Positions 25,438 to 39,156 of a DNA stretch of 64,000 bases are shown here, piece after piece. The notes below the pieces were generated by a model, which saw only the letters and a list, made by a program, of their open reading frames with translations, made no database searches and was not told where the DNA came from. Each line of letters opens with the position of its first letter. The first letter of the stretch is position 1. Source of the DNA: Octopus vulgaris (Eukaryota). The stretch is from NCBI GenBank assembly GCA_951406725.2, contig OX597817.1, positions 25,668,001 through 25,732,000 of the forward strand, read 5' to 3'. Made by a program: the position numbers and the translations under genes.

Positions 25438-26100
25438 GGGCGGCAAATGACAGAATCATTTGCACACTAAGGCGGTGAGCTGGCAGAGACGTTATCACGC
25501 TGGGCAAAATGTATAGCAGAATTTCGTCTGTCTTTACATTGTGAGTTCAAATTCTACTGAGGTCGACTTTGCCTTTCATCCTTTCGGGGTCGATAAATTA
25601 AGTACCAGTTATGTACTGGAGTTGATCTAATCGACTGGTTCCCTCCCCTAAAATTTAGGGCCTTGTGCCTAGAGTAGAAAAGAATCATTTGCACACTGGA
25701 CAAATGCTTAGTGGCATTTTATCTGTCTCTACATTCTGAGTTCAAATTCAACCAACTTTGACATTGCTGTTTATCCTTTCAGGATCAATGAAATATATAC
25801 CTATTTCTTTATTATCCACAAGGGGCTAAACACAGAGGGGACAAACAAGGACAGACATAGGTATTAAGTCGATTACATCGACCCCAGTGCGTAACTGGTA
25901 CTTAATTTATCGACCCCGAAATGATGAAAGGCAAAGTCAACCTCAGCGGAATTTGAACTCACAACGTAACGACAAGCGAAATACCGTTAAGCATTTCGCC
26001 CGGCATGCTAACGTTTCTGCCAGCTCTCCGCCTTAATTTCTCCAATGAAATAAATACCAGTTGGGCACTAGGGTCAATGTAATCGACTTACTCAGCCCCC
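25438..26100. mobile_element. Old SINE B-like copy carrying two younger SINE B insertions (25470-25683 +, 25800-26035 -)
   Basis: TSDs AGAATCATTTGCACACT and CAATGAAATA(T/A)ATACC. Confidence 0.82.
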
Positions 26101-26149
26101 AGAACTTCAGTATATGAATGAATTACTATCTTTAAAGACAAAGCAGATG

Positions 26150-26800
26150 AATGGCTAAGACAGATGGTCTCCAAGCCCACCACTATCCCATGAATAATAG
26201 AAGGAAAAAATCAAGCTCTCAGAACAAATACTCATTTTGAAAGTCTGCTAAAAGCACCCAAAGGACAGTTAGCAGTTCTAAACCAGATGAGAGATAATGA
26301 TATCAATTCCTTAATGAGAACAAAGATGTAGTTCATCTGATGCAGCATTTTATGAACAGGACACACTAAACTGTTAGATTCCTACTTTGATGAATGATAA
26401 TGTGAAGCCTACACAAGTACTTCAGAGCTTTCTATGTAGAACTGTACTTCAGAGCTCATCCTTAAAGAGATTTAATGGAGAATAAATCCAAATTTTATAA
26501 CGTGGTATCTTTCAGCAAATAATTAGAAAAATATCTGAGAAATGAGATTTATGAGGAAAAATAAAAGTGCTCATAAGTGACTTTTGTGTCTCCCAATAGT
26601 GACCCAGATCTATTGTATCATACATAGTTTTAATCTGTTGCTCTCTTTACCACATAGAGTGCCTTTAGTTGGTTCCACTCTGTTGCGAGTATTCAGACCA
26701 GGTTTCCTATTTAAGGATGACTATTCTTCCCCATCGGTTTTAAAGGTCCTATGAAAGGTCACAGGTGCTGCTCTTCTTATTACTGAGTCATAAAAACAAG
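26150..26800 (-). mobile_element. Highly decayed CR1/L2-like RT fragment
   Basis: Ordered, frameshifted remnants resembling GVPQGS...LF and LFADDT (TTATTTGCTGAAAGATACC on minus). Confidence 0.35.
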
Positions 26801-27135
26801 GAAAGATTAAAAAATGTTATTTCATAAAGCATGTGATATCAATTACTAATATCTTAAAGCATGGCCGGCAGAAGCATTTTTGTGTGGTTGCTTTACAACT
26901 ATGAACTTTTGGGTTTGGTCCTGTGTGTACTGTCTTAGGCAAGTACCTTCTGCTATAGCCCTGGGCCACCCTAAACATTCTGTGGGGATTTACTTGATGG
27001 AAACTAAAAGACGCCTATTATATGTGTGCTAATGTTTTATTGCTTTAATACTACATGCCTGTTAAATGTAAACAAATGTTATCATCATACTAATGGTGTT
27101 TCTTTGCAATCTTCTGTGAAAACGTCCTAAAATTA

Positions 27136-27719
27136 TTGGGCTGTCCAGAAAGTTTGTGCCGATTTTTAAAGGAAAGAAAAAGGTCAATAAATACTTGCCA
27201 TTACATTTTTAATCAACCAAATATAAACTATTTTGTTGAACAACGCATCTCCATCTTTCCTTTAACTTCAAAATACCCTCTTCCCAGAATTGAGGTGGTT
27301 TCATGGCAAAGAATTCATCAAGGTATCTTTTTATGTCATCCAAGGAATTGAAATTTTTACCATTAAGACTATTCTGCAGAGACCTGAATAAGTGGAAATC
27401 TGAAGGAGCAATATCTGGTGAATATGAAGGGTGGGGTAACACATCCAGCTGAGCCGAGCTGATTGTTTGGGAACCAGACAATTTTTTTCTTGTTCCCAAA
27501 GCATCAAGTGTCGAAAATAAACTTTCTTATCTTCCAGTTATAAGGGTTACAGAATTAACACAGGTTATAGGAACATAAACCTTCCTCGATGAAAAGATAG
27601 CTTAAACTGTGCTTTAAATGGAGGTGTAGTCAAATCCTATTTTATGGACTCAACCATATTCTAAAATAAGTCGAAAGGTAAGCTACTATAAATTGGCATG
27701 AACTTTCCGGACAACCCAA
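27136..27719 (-). mobile_element. Internally deleted mariner element
   Basis: TA|TTGGGCTGTCCAGAAAGTTTGTGCCGATTT...AAATTGGCATGAACTTTCCGGACAACCCAA|TA; transposase C-terminus HPSYSPDIAPSDFHLFRSLQN. Confidence 0.95.
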
Positions 27720-28810
27720 TACATCATTCATGTTCAAAGACTAGCGCTATAAAGTACTGTGCCTGGAAACAAGTGAGTGCTGGTAACAGGGAGCTCATCC
27801 AGATATAAGATATCTGCCTGAATTTTTGTTTAACCCATGCAAGCAGAGAAAAGTGATCATTAAAAAGATGTAAACAACGGCAGTGTTTAAGAATTCAGAT
27901 ATATTTTAATGTTTCTGTTGCCATCGAAATAAAGGCTGATAAAAACTTAAAATCAAATTCTTTAAAACAAATTTAAGGAAGCAAAGCAATGTAGCAAAGA
28001 TTTCCCTTTTTTATTTGCTTTAAATCTTTTATTATTTTTTTCCTGCACGTTTCCTTCATTTCCCACCCATTCTCTTCGATAAGGCTTTGTAAATTACTGT
28101 TTGATAAGATTTATAGATGCAAGATACAAACATTTACATTCTCTAATTGACAGTTGCAGAGGAAAATTTAAAGCTAAGTATAAGAGTTCCTAAATTGCAA
28201 CTGAAAACTACTTGTTTCAATATTTAATGAGTACCATATGGCTGTAGCTCATAAATCAGTTGACAATGGGGATTCAACTGACAAACATAATGGCATTATC
28301 ATCACAGAAGGTGGAACCTTTTCTAATTTTCATTTATAAGAATTGCTTGTTTGTTTTCCTCTGGCAAATCTATTACAAAATAGCTTTGCTTTGTTTACTT
28401 TTTTTCTCTTTTACTAGTTTAGGTCTTGGACAGTGGCCATGCTGGGCTACTAAAACAAAAAAATCAAAGGATTTTTCTTTTAGTTGTTCATATCGATCCT
28501 AGTATATATTCATATATCTTAGTCTAGTACTTAATTTATTGATCTCCGTGACAAAGTTACAGGGTATATGCAACAATACTAGTTGGTGTTTTCAAACGAT
28601 GTAAATGTAAATAAAAATTTAATGCATGCACACATACACATACACATTGGGCCAAAAAACCTGTTTGATATTTTTAAATGAAAATTAGACACAAGTTTTA
28701 AGTACAAAGCTGTTTATTCAATAAATTATTTAATTACTATTTTTCCCACTGTTTTCTGCTAACTTATTGGCAGATTCATTCTCTGCTGTTCAAAGAATTT
28801 CCTATCTCAA

Positions 28811-30872
28811 TGTTGTGGTGAGAGTACGACACCCTCTAATGAGAACAGACAGGACCACTACATATAAATAGTAGCGGTCTGGTGCAGTCGGCAGTTTGAT
28901 TTTTAAAGTCCAGTTCGAGTTAGTGTGTTGAAAATATTGTTGGTTCCTTGTACATTTGTTACTGCTGCTGTTTCTAATTTGTATTGTTGTAACACTGTTA
29001 CAGTGTATTCTTTATCGTTGACAATATCAACCATACTATGATATTAGAGGTGTAATGATATAACATCTGGCAACAAAGTATCTGAAGCTCACACAAGTTA
29101 TTTGACAATTTGTGAGTCATACAAAGTGTTAAATTATGGAGAACTTATTAGCTGCTGTAATACAGCTTCAAGAGAAGTAATAAGACCAACTACAGGAGTT
29201 GTAGAAGGAAATATTACAACAACAATAGTTAACTGAGTTACAGTCAAGGAAGTCCAAAATTTCGGTAAGTTCGTTTATGCCAGACAGCATGACAATCTCA
29301 ATTTCTGAATTCACTTATAATTCAGAGGAGGATATTATGTTTCCTGTGTAATATAGAAGGTACGAAGAAATTGGATCTATTCCATCTCAATCTCAGATTT
29401 TTTTAATTAATTGTTTTTACTAAACAGTTTAAAACTTCGAATACAGGTAGAATTTCGCACGTAGAACAAGGTTTACTATGAACGTTTTTTAGAAGATATT
29501 TCGTGTTAAAGTTGTCGTATTTGGGTAATTTCAACCAATCAATGGTGTGCATTCGGTTGAAGAAAGTTACTGCTGTATGCAATAGTATTTGAAGAGGAAC
29601 AGCTTCCGGGTTATCTCTACTAAACATTACCACTCTGTTCGAAGAATTAGTATTATAGAGCAACAAGACAGCAGCTAGCTTTTTGTTGTTGACGTATATA
29701 TAATTTCAAAATGCCTTATTTTACAACTATGAGATGTATTATTATTGTCATGATTTTATCTCAGTATAATCAACAACAAACACATTTCGTCAATATAAAA
29801 GTCTTTATTAGATAAAAAAATAACATTATCAAAACATAAGGTAAAACAAAACAAATAGTGGCTTATACACCAGAAAATATGGTAATTGTAGTGGCAGTGA
29901 CAAGTTCACTCGCGGGTTGCTAGTGTAGAAGAGAAGGAGAAAGTAAGGAATGCACGGTGCTGACTAGGAAGGAAGAAAGGATAAAGGTGACATTTAGTAA
30001 AGATACCCGGAAGTTGTTCCACTTTGATTAATATCACAAACAGCAGTAGCTTTCTTCAACTGAATACACATCGTTTCTTGGTTGAAATTACCCAACTTTA
30101 ATGTGAAATAACTTCTAAAATACGAAATTTTGTCAAAAACGTTCAGAGTAAACCGTGATCTACATGAGAAATTCTACCAATATTCGAAGTTTCAAATTGT
30201 TTAGTTAGAAAAAATAATAATTTAAAAATCCGTGATTGAGATGGAATAGATCCAGGAAATTTTAAACAAAGTTTGTAAGACACGATCGGATGAAGAGAAA
30301 GCGAGTCTATTACTACGCAAGGTAGTTCTGGCTGAGCATGAACGCTACTATAACTTTATATTGCTGAAAAAGTCAAGTGAGATTTGTCTCCAAGAAACTA
30401 CTGAATTACTTTCATAGAGCTTTTTTGACAAAAGTTTGTTATTTAACACGCGAATGAAGTGTTGGAACTTAACAAAAAATGATGATGACTTTATTACATA
30501 CGCCAGAGTAGTCAACCATCTGTGTGAAAATTTTAAACTTCAGGAACTCACTCAAGATATGTTTAAATCACTTACTTTCGTACAAGGCCTTACAGCAACC
30601 GAAAACTGAGAAATTTGGCCAAGGATTCTCTCAAGAATGGAGCAAGTGAACCAAGACTTAACTTTTCAGATCATTGCTGAATAATGTCAAACAATGGTAA
30701 ACCTGAAGCATAACATGAAAAACATTCAAGAGAAAGATTCTGAAAAAATACAGATGTGTCGAGCTGGAAAATACAACTAATAGTGATAGGCCCTAATCCA
30801 TGTTATGGATGTGGAGGCATACACTTTCGAAAACAGTGTCTGTTTAAAAACCGAAAATGCTATAGTTGTCAG
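28811..30872 (+). mobile_element. Ty3/gypsy 5' LTR, PBS-like site and gag pseudogene
   Basis: LTR TGTT...AACA 28811-29065; TGGCAACAAAG PBS-like; gag ISEFTYNSEE..YRRYEEI / KASLLLRK..AEHERYYNFIL / DDFITYARVVN..CENFKL; knuckle CYGCGGIHFRKQC..KCYSC. Confidence 0.85.
29373..30253. mobile_element. Merlin-like MITE with ~260-bp imperfect TIRs
   Basis: GGATCTATTCCATCTCAATC...GATTGAGATGGAATAGATCC; 8-bp TSD AAGAAATT/AGGAAATT; GG termini. Confidence 0.85.
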
Positions 30873-31804
30873 TAATGAATTGCATGTGGAAATCTGTCGA
30901 ACAAGGTTAGCCACATTCAGTTGATGTGGGACACAAGAATCGAGCCTGCTGATGTAACCAAGTTGATGCAGATGATTTTCAACACTCGATTTGGATATTT
31001 GGAGAATTACACCTTTCTTTATCATATAATAGGGTTTGGTGTTGACTAACTTCATTTTGTTGCTGTTAATCTCAGTTGGCCAATCAAAGCACAGAGCATT
31101 TTGAACAGAAAAATTTCCAGATGCAAAATCTTGAAAACCCATTCTGAAACACATGTTCCATAGTGGCATCCTCACCATGTACAACACATCTCTTTCTGCA
31201 TGTTTCTATCTCCTCCTTGTCTTTCTTGGAATAAAAAAAAAAGCATGAGTTGTTGATAATGTTTATGGTTCTCCATTTTCAGGTCGAACCCAAACACACA
31301 AAATATAACTTGTCTCATGGTACATTCGCATCAATTTACGTTGATGAGAGACCAAGTGTCTGTGTGTGCAGGCACAAGGTACAGACTGAAGTTAGCTACT
31401 TATCAGAGTGCTTGAAGTTAAGAGTTGACAAAAAACTGAACAGAAGATTTGATCAACCAAATATATACTTGCATACATATGTGCATGCAAGCATACATAC
31501 ACATGTATACTTACATGTGAGTCTGTGTGTGTAGAGGGAGAGAAAACTAAAAATACCATTTGCTCATAAAAATGAACTCCATATGCTACTTATATATTTA
31601 ATGCATTTTCGTACATACAGACAGACATATATGCATGCATGCAAGCACAAATAGACATGTCTATATAGGTGTGTGAGTGTGTATATAGAGAGAGCAAGAG
31701 AGCGAGAAAAAACCTTTTACTTGTAAGAATGAATTCTATACCCTACTTATATATTTAATGTATTTTGAGTTAATATGTGATTGTTTTTAGGCATGATTAT
31801 GCAT

Positions 31805-31966
31805 AGGCGTAGGAGTGGCTGTGTGGTAAGTAGCTTGCTTACCAACCACATGGTTCCAGGTTCAGCCCCACTGTGTGGCACCTTGGGCAAGTATCTTCTA
31901 CTATAGCCTCAGGCCAACCAAAGCCTTGTGAGTGGATTTGGTAGACGGAAACTGAAAGAAGCCCGT

Positions 31967-32022
<56 letters not shown>

Positions 32023-32205
32023 CATATTTGTGTGTGTATTTGTGTTTGTCCCCCAACATCGCTTGACAACCGATGGTGGTGTGTTTATGCCCCCGTAACA
32101 TAGCAGGGACTGATAGAATAAGTCCTGGGGGTCGATTTGTTCGACTACAGGCGGTGCTCCAGCATGGCCACAGTCAAACGACTGAAACAACTAAAAGAAT
32201 AAAAA
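31805..32205 (+). mobile_element. SINE A (internal deletions)
   Basis: Family match. Confidence 0.9.
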
Positions 32206-33241
32206 AGAGAATAGAGCAAAACACATACACATGACAGGCTTCCACACATTTTCCATTTCAAAATTCAAATCACAATGTATTTGTCAACGTTGAGCTACAA
32301 CAGAAAACAGTTAACAATGGTATCTCATGAGATCGAACCGGGAACAATGTTTATAAAGCAAACTTCTTAAACTAACAGCCATCATTCATTTACTCTGTCA
32401 TTAGTAGTTGTCTATAAATCTATGGTTTTGTGTTACCAATTATTGCTACCAAAGAGCATACAGTAAGCAATGATGGTATTTTTGAGATAGACCATTGTGG
32501 AATTAAATGTGAATTTGCTTAAGAGAAGAAAATTTACTTCATTACACTACAGTTAATATGATGTTCTTTTGTTTGAATGGATAGAATTACACTAAAATTA
32601 ATTTACGGAACAAATATTTGAGCAATAATTGATTTATATCTTTAAAAGCAAATTTTACAATTCATTATCAAAGTTTAACTGTGAGATTTCATTACAACTG
32701 TCATTTTTAAAAGGCCATTACATATTTTCTGTCTTTTTCTTTATTTTCTGATTTAAAATATCTTATGTGTAATGTACAAAATGTACCAAAATTGTTATTT
32801 CAAAATATTAAATATTAATGTATTTGTGTTAATAAAGAAAAACTAAATCATTCTATAAGAGACAAATAATCTATAAACAACCTAAGTGAGTACTTATATT
32901 ATCACTTAGTTCAACTTAGCAGTTCAACAGAACATTTTTAAGCCACTGATATAATCAGTTTGAAGTGTTGATACAAATTAATAACAATTTAAGCCATGTA
33001 TATTTACTTCAAATTTTATTTGCAAATCTAAATTCTGAAAATACGAAAAGTTTAATGAATGATAGCATTAATAATAAGCAAGCATTGTACATTTTTTTAA
33101 AATTAAACAAGGATAGTTATAACACTAATATTGGATAGAACAATATATAATAAGCATCAACTATTTCATTTTCTTCACTTTTAATATCTGTGATTTTTAG
33201 CGCTCCATATTATTTTATTTGGTAAAAATTTATGAAATCTA

Positions 33242-33625
33242 GGCTAGGATTGACTGTGTGGTAAGGAACTTACTTATGAACCATATGGTTCCGGGTTCAG
33301 TTCCACTGCGTGGTACCTCGGGCAAGTGTCTTCTACTAAAGCCTCGGGCTGACCAAAGCCTTGTGAGTGGATTTGATAGACGGAAACTGAAAGAAGCCCG
33401 TTGTATATATGTATATGTATATATGTGTGTGTGTTTGTGTGTCTGTGTTTGTCCCCACCAACATTGCTTGACAGCCGATGCTGGTGTGTTTACGTCCCTG
33501 TAACTTAGCAGTTCGGCAAAAGAGACCGATAGAATAAGTCCTGGGGTCGATTTGCTCGGCTAAAGGTGGTGCTCCAGCATGGCCACAGTCAAATGACTGA
33601 AACAAATAAAAGAGTAAAAGAAAAA
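33242..33625 (+). mobile_element. SINE A
   Basis: Family match. Confidence 0.9.
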
Positions 33626-33742
33626 AGACCGTTTGGATAGAACAATATATAATAAGCATCAACTATTTCATTTTCTTCACTTTTAATAACTGTGATTTTT
33701 AGCGCTCCATATTATTTTATTTGGTAAAAGTTTATGAAATCT

Positions 33743-33927
33743 AGGTTAGTAGTGGCTGTGTGGTAAGTAGCTTGCTTACGAAGCACATGATTCTGAGTTC
33801 AGTCTCACTGCATGGTACCTCGGGCAAGTGTCTTCTACTATAGCCTCAGGCCGACCAAAGCCTTGTGAGTGGATTTCGTAGACAGAAACTGAAAGAAGCC
33901 CGTTGTATACATGTATATATATGTGTG

Positions 33928-33964
<37 letters not shown>

Positions 33965-34166
33965 TTGTGTGTCTGTGTTTGTCCCCACAACATCGCTTGA
34001 CAACTGATGCTGGCATGTTTATGTCCCCGTAACTTAGTGGTTCGGCAAAAGAGACCGATAGAATAAGTACTAGGCTTACAATGAATAAGTCCTGGGGTCG
34101 ATTTGCTCGACTAAAGGCGGTGCTCCAGCATGGCCACAGTCAAGTGACTGAAACAAGTAAAAGAGA
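33743..34166 (+). mobile_element. SINE A
   Basis: Family match. Confidence 0.9.
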
Positions 34167-34627
34167 GCAGTGACAGTAAATTAAAACTGATTTACTATTA
34201 ACCTTTTGTTACTAAGCTGAAGGCTGATCATAAACGATTGGCTTTTAATGTGGCAGCTGTATTTCTGACTGGCAGTGCAAAGAAGCTTTTGTAATTGTTA
34301 TAGTTTCCCTGAATTACTGTCATGATGACAGCAATAGGTCTAGCCTCTAAGGTAGCTTGCGTAATAGAGACACTTTACAATGAAAATGAATGCGTTGTGC
34401 CCAAGGATGTTTAGCTGCTTGATGGGTTTCAAGTATATATGGGTCTGATGAAATATTGCCTGCTATATCCTACAGTTTCCAAAACTTCCTGAAATGTTTC
34501 ATAATAAAACTGAAAGACTTGATAAAAAGTTTGGTACTATATAATTCCTATTACATATACACTAATGCTAGCAACACACCCCTATTATCCATAAATTTTG
34601 ACAAATTGAAGATATTCGCTAAATTAA

Positions 34628-35027
34628 TCTCTCTCTATATATATATATAAAGCTGAAGTTTTCTGTGTATGACAGGTTTGGTAGCCTTCAACTAACACTA
34701 TATCCTCCGAGACCCTACGGCACAAGTTGACCAAAATTGAGAATATGATAGAAGACGGCTTGCTCTTCCTTCCGTAGAAGATTAAATTAAAATTGGACTA
34801 TGTTAACATCAAAAGTTATTTATATCAAAAAGGTGCTTTTTTTCTATGAAAATCCCTATTTTATACGATTTTTTTACTGCTGTGTTACCATTTTTCTGTG
34901 TATTTCAACCAGAAAAATGTTCACTTAAAGAGAATAACAAGCTACATAATGCAAAATTTTTACTTTTCAAAAATTCCAATTCTAAAGGGTAGAAACAAAC
35001 CCGAGCAACGCCGAGTGATACTGCTAG
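34628..35027 (+). mobile_element. Non-autonomous Helitron
   Basis: A|TC start, 3' CCCGAGCAACGCCGAG hairpin-like motif then CTAG|T. Confidence 0.8.
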
Positions 35028-35039
35028 TTATATTAAAAA

Positions 35040-36500
35040 TAGGACAGGAAAATAATTAGAAGGAATGAGTAAGCCACCAAGGTGCCTTGCGAGGAGTAAT
35101 CACACTAGATAATTCTAAAGCAGAATCCATCACCAAATCTTTGCTTTTTGATAACAGTGATAAGTTGCTTAATTATAACAAACCTTTCTCTGAAATAGGT
35201 TCAGAAGGTTTCAGAGGGGGTTTGCCAATGTATGTGTGGTTGTGCTAAGTTTGATTTCTTCCATGGTGTGGTGAAATAAGTTTATACTGGTGATTTGAAT
35301 GTTATCTGAAATGAGGGGTTAATATGGCTACTGATGAACAGAACCAAATTTGGGGTATCAGATTGGATTAGTAATAATAAATTTAAGAAGCTAATCTTGG
35401 GATCAATCGATACTTTGATGATGTAGTCTTAAATAAAAGGTTAAGAAGGAAGTTATTGATGACTGGAGAAAGCAAGTGTCTAGTTTATATCTGAAACAGA
35501 TTAGAAAGAGGAATTTGATGGTGGCAGAGGCATCAACAGGAGAAATGCATTACAGTCCCAGCAGATAATGTAGCAGGGAATTTTGTGATAAGGTGTAAGA
35601 ATATATAACACTAGAAAGGAGTTAAAATCGGGGAGTGACTTCAATGGTTGCAGTACATATGTATCGGTATCTGAAAGTATAAATGCATAAAGAGGGAGAT
35701 AATACCTGAGGTAGCAACATTAAATGGCTTTAGCATTGAGGAGGAGGACAAATATGTTCCTTTTTTTTTAATTCTTAAATTGCATAAGGTTCCATATAAG
35801 CATAGGTTTATGGCAAAGACTAGGAAATGTACAAATAAACAGATGTCTATGTTGGTTAAAAAGGCATTAAATGTTATTAGATGGGACTTTGTTGGAAAGA
35901 GCAAAAGAATTCATCATCATCATCATCATCATTATTGTTTAACGTCCGCTTTCCATGCTAGCATGAGTTGGACGATTTGACTGAGGACAGGCAAACCAGA
36001 TGGCTGCACCAGGCTCCAGTCTGATCTTAAAGCAATATTCAGAAGTCATTCCAATAAGGAATTTGAAGTAAACTTTAAAAAGGTTATGGTGGTTCAAACC
36101 ATGCATGTATAGGATTTTTTGAGAATGGTATTCAAATGGCGATTTGAAAAATGATACAAGGTATATTTAGAATAAATGATTTAAACGTATTTCCGTTAAA
36201 GCTGATGAGGTTTTTTTGTCCAGAATAGATATAATGTTTTTATATGTTCAACTATTGAAAAGTTTATAGCAGATTGTTAGATTTGTCATTGATGCATGAT
36301 TTACTTTCACTGATAGGTTATTAAACAAGTTAAGGACATTCTAGTGGGTAATTTCTGTTTCTGTTTGTTAGCTTACATATATTTATCTGCATGTGAATTT
36401 AGTTTTCTTAGTTGTTTATGCCAAGAGAAATAGATAGGTTTATCTAAGCAGCTTAGTGATAGCTGCAGTTATATAGACAATTTTCTTTATCACTGATAGC
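35040..36500 (-). mobile_element. Highly decayed Penelope-like RT region (may extend ~34200-37800)
   Basis: Frameshifted remnants such as F-T-(T)P-W and T-Y-I-G-K near 35215-35280 resemble the PLE motif WFNPP...TNIGK; interrupted by an RTE tail at 35911-36027. Confidence 0.4.
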
Positions 36501-36529
36501 AATGTTTTTGAAAATTTAATCAGAAAAAT

Positions 36530-36701
36530 AGGCGCAGGAGTGGCTGTGTGGTAAGTAGCTTGCTAACCAACCACATGGTTCCGGGTTCAGTCCAACTGCG
36601 TGGCATCTTAGGCAAGTGTCTTCTGCTATAGCCCCGGGCCGACCAATGCCTTGTGAGTGGATTTGGTAGACGGAAACTGAAAGAAGCCTGTCGTATATAT
36701 G

Positions 36702-36732
<31 letters not shown>

Positions 36733-36930
36733 TTGTCCCCCTAGCATTGCTTGACAACCGATGCTGGTGTGTTTACTTCCCCGTCACTTAGCAGTTCGGC
36801 AAAAGAGATCGATGGAATAAGTACTGGGCTTACAAAGAATAAGTCCCGGAGTCGATTTGCTCGACTAAAGGCAGTGCTCCAGCATGGCCGCAGTCAAATG
36901 ACTGGAACAATGTAAAAGAGTAAAAGAGAG
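36530..36930 (+). mobile_element. SINE A (young variant)
   Basis: Family match. Confidence 0.92.
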
Positions 36931-37969
36931 TATATGAAAGAAAACTCACGTCAAATATAAATGGGAACACTGTAAATGAAGTTGATCATTTAAACTTTAC
37001 CATAACTAGTATTAATAACATATTTGTAACTAATACTTATTATAAGAATGATAACTTTGAATTTCATATTACATCTATGCTCCGGGCATTGAAACAAATT
37101 CTTTGAAAATAGTGTATGACATGTCCTCTAGTCATGTTAAAGGTATGGTTGTTAGGTAGCTTAGATAGGTCTTAATTAATTGGTATGAAGTTTAGCTACA
37201 TGCTGTGACGTAATAAAAGCTACTCTGAATTATGTTTCAATAACATTTATTTTTACAGCAGTATATCACAATATTTACATAAATACACAATGGCTTGACC
37301 ATAGTGTCCTGTGGTGTGCTATAAGCAAATGCAGTTCATAGTTATATTAATAACAGATATGATTAACCTCATGTGAGAGGCAAGAAAAATACTGTTCTTC
37401 ATAGACAATGATTTCTTGAATCCAGGGTTGAATTGCAACCAAGAAAGCTTTCTGTTTATAAGACTTGTTGCCTGTGCATCCTATATGTGCCTCTGATGTG
37501 CCTGTGACTAAGAATTGGCTGGCTATCTATTTGTGGAGCAAGAGGCGAGATATCGTGTTCATGCTATGTGCTTGGAGAAGTGTATTGAAAACAGAGTAAT
37601 TCTTTTAAAGAGAGGTCACACAAGGACCAAAGATCCCGTGTCCCATTTATCTTTTCTCAAATGTTCTTTAGCCTCTGCACTGATCCTGATGTGCTTTCGA
37701 TTTTATAACCCCAATCATGTGGGGACAACTGAAACATTCTATACTATGGGGTGATATTTTTGCAAGCTGACTGGTCGGTATTCAGGGTGTGTCATCAGAC
37801 CTGTGTGGATCTGAACCTAGTTACTAAAGCTGTAAGCTTTATAGTCTAGGTTTTGCTATGTGGTAAAAATAATGATGTATAGTGCAGATTCATTTATAGA
37901 TAAAGTCAAACTTTTGATGAAGCATATGCTATGCAAATGAGGGGTTGATTAAATATGGGCAAGCAAGAT

Positions 37970-38305
37970 CTCTGAGACCCCCTTCAGTCATGACTGACCG
38001 TGGGATTGCACCTATAAAGTTACCCTCCCTGGTACAAGTCCGGGCAAGTTTGTTTATGGAAGACCAGCAGTTGCCCATGCATACCAGCCTCCCCTCTCCA
38101 CGCCACCAGTATTATCCAAGGGAAAAGTAACGGCCAATACAGCTTGGCACCTGTGACATTGCAACTCATTTCTACAGCTGAGTGGACTGGAGCAACGTGA
38201 AATAAAGTGTCTTGCTCAAGAACACAATACACAGCTTGGTTCGGGATTCAGACTCACAAACTCACGATTGTAAGCTCAATGCTCTAACCACTGAGCCATG
38301 CGCCC
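37970..38305 (-). mobile_element. tRNA-derived SINE family F
   Basis: Minus-strand TGGCTCAGTGG A-box; central block shared with family E; second copy at 47624. Confidence 0.85.
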
Positions 38306-38502
38306 AAGATATTATATTAAAAAAATAAGAGTAATTTCAGTTTCCTTTATGCTGGTATTGAATGTTGATGATTTGCAAGTAGGTATCTCTGATCAGATTA
38401 TATTCTGAAACTAGTAAATTTGAAGTATTTTTGTGTGAATGTTGTCAGGTTCTGCATCAAATTGAATGGTACTTCTCAAATGTCAAAACCATTAGAATTT
38501 CT

Positions 38503-38735
38503 TATTTCTTTACTGCCCACAAGAGGCTACACATAGAGGAAACAAACAAGGACAGACAAACAGATTAAGTCGATTATATCGACCGCAGTGCATAACTGGT
38601 ACTTATTTAATTGAACCCGAAAGGATGACAGGCAAAGTTGACCTCAGTGGAATTGGAACTCAGAATGTAGTGGCAGACAAAATACTGCTAAGCATTTCAC
38701 CCGGCGTGCTAACGATTCTGCCAGCTCACCATCTT
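38503..38735 (-). mobile_element. SINE B
   Basis: Family match. Confidence 0.88.
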
Positions 38736-38782
38736 ATTTAGACTTCTATTAGGCAGTTAATTATGAGATATCTATGTTTATT

Positions 38783-39156
38783 GTGGAGGCGCAATGGCCC
38801 AGTGGTTAGGGCAGCGGACTCGCGGTCGTGGGATCGCGGTTTCGATTCCCAGACCGGGCGTTGTGAGTGTTTATTGAACGAAAACACCTAAAGCTCCACG
38901 AGGCTCCGGCAGGGGATGGTGGTGATCCCTGCTGTACTCTTTCACCACAACTTTCTCTCACTCTTACTTCCTGTTTCTGTTGTACCTGTATTTCAAAGGG
39001 CCTGCCTTGTCACTCTCTGTGTCATGCTGAATATCCCCGAGAACTACGTTAAGGGTACACGTGTCTGTGGAGTGCTCAGCCACTTATTCACGAGCAGGCT
39101 GTTCCGTTGATTGGATCAACCGGAACCCTCGTCGTCGTAACCGACGGAGTGCTTCC
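38783..39156 (+). mobile_element. SINE C
   Basis: Family match; ATCTATGTTT direct repeat. Confidence 0.92.

Larger units (their letters stand above)
28646..31462 (-). mobile_element. Decayed mariner interrupted by an LTR-retrotransposon fragment
   Basis: N-terminal HTH and WVPHEL-like ENHLHQLGYISRLDSCVPHQL at 30873-31190; probable 3' end at 28646-28805; degenerate TIRs. Confidence 0.75.
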
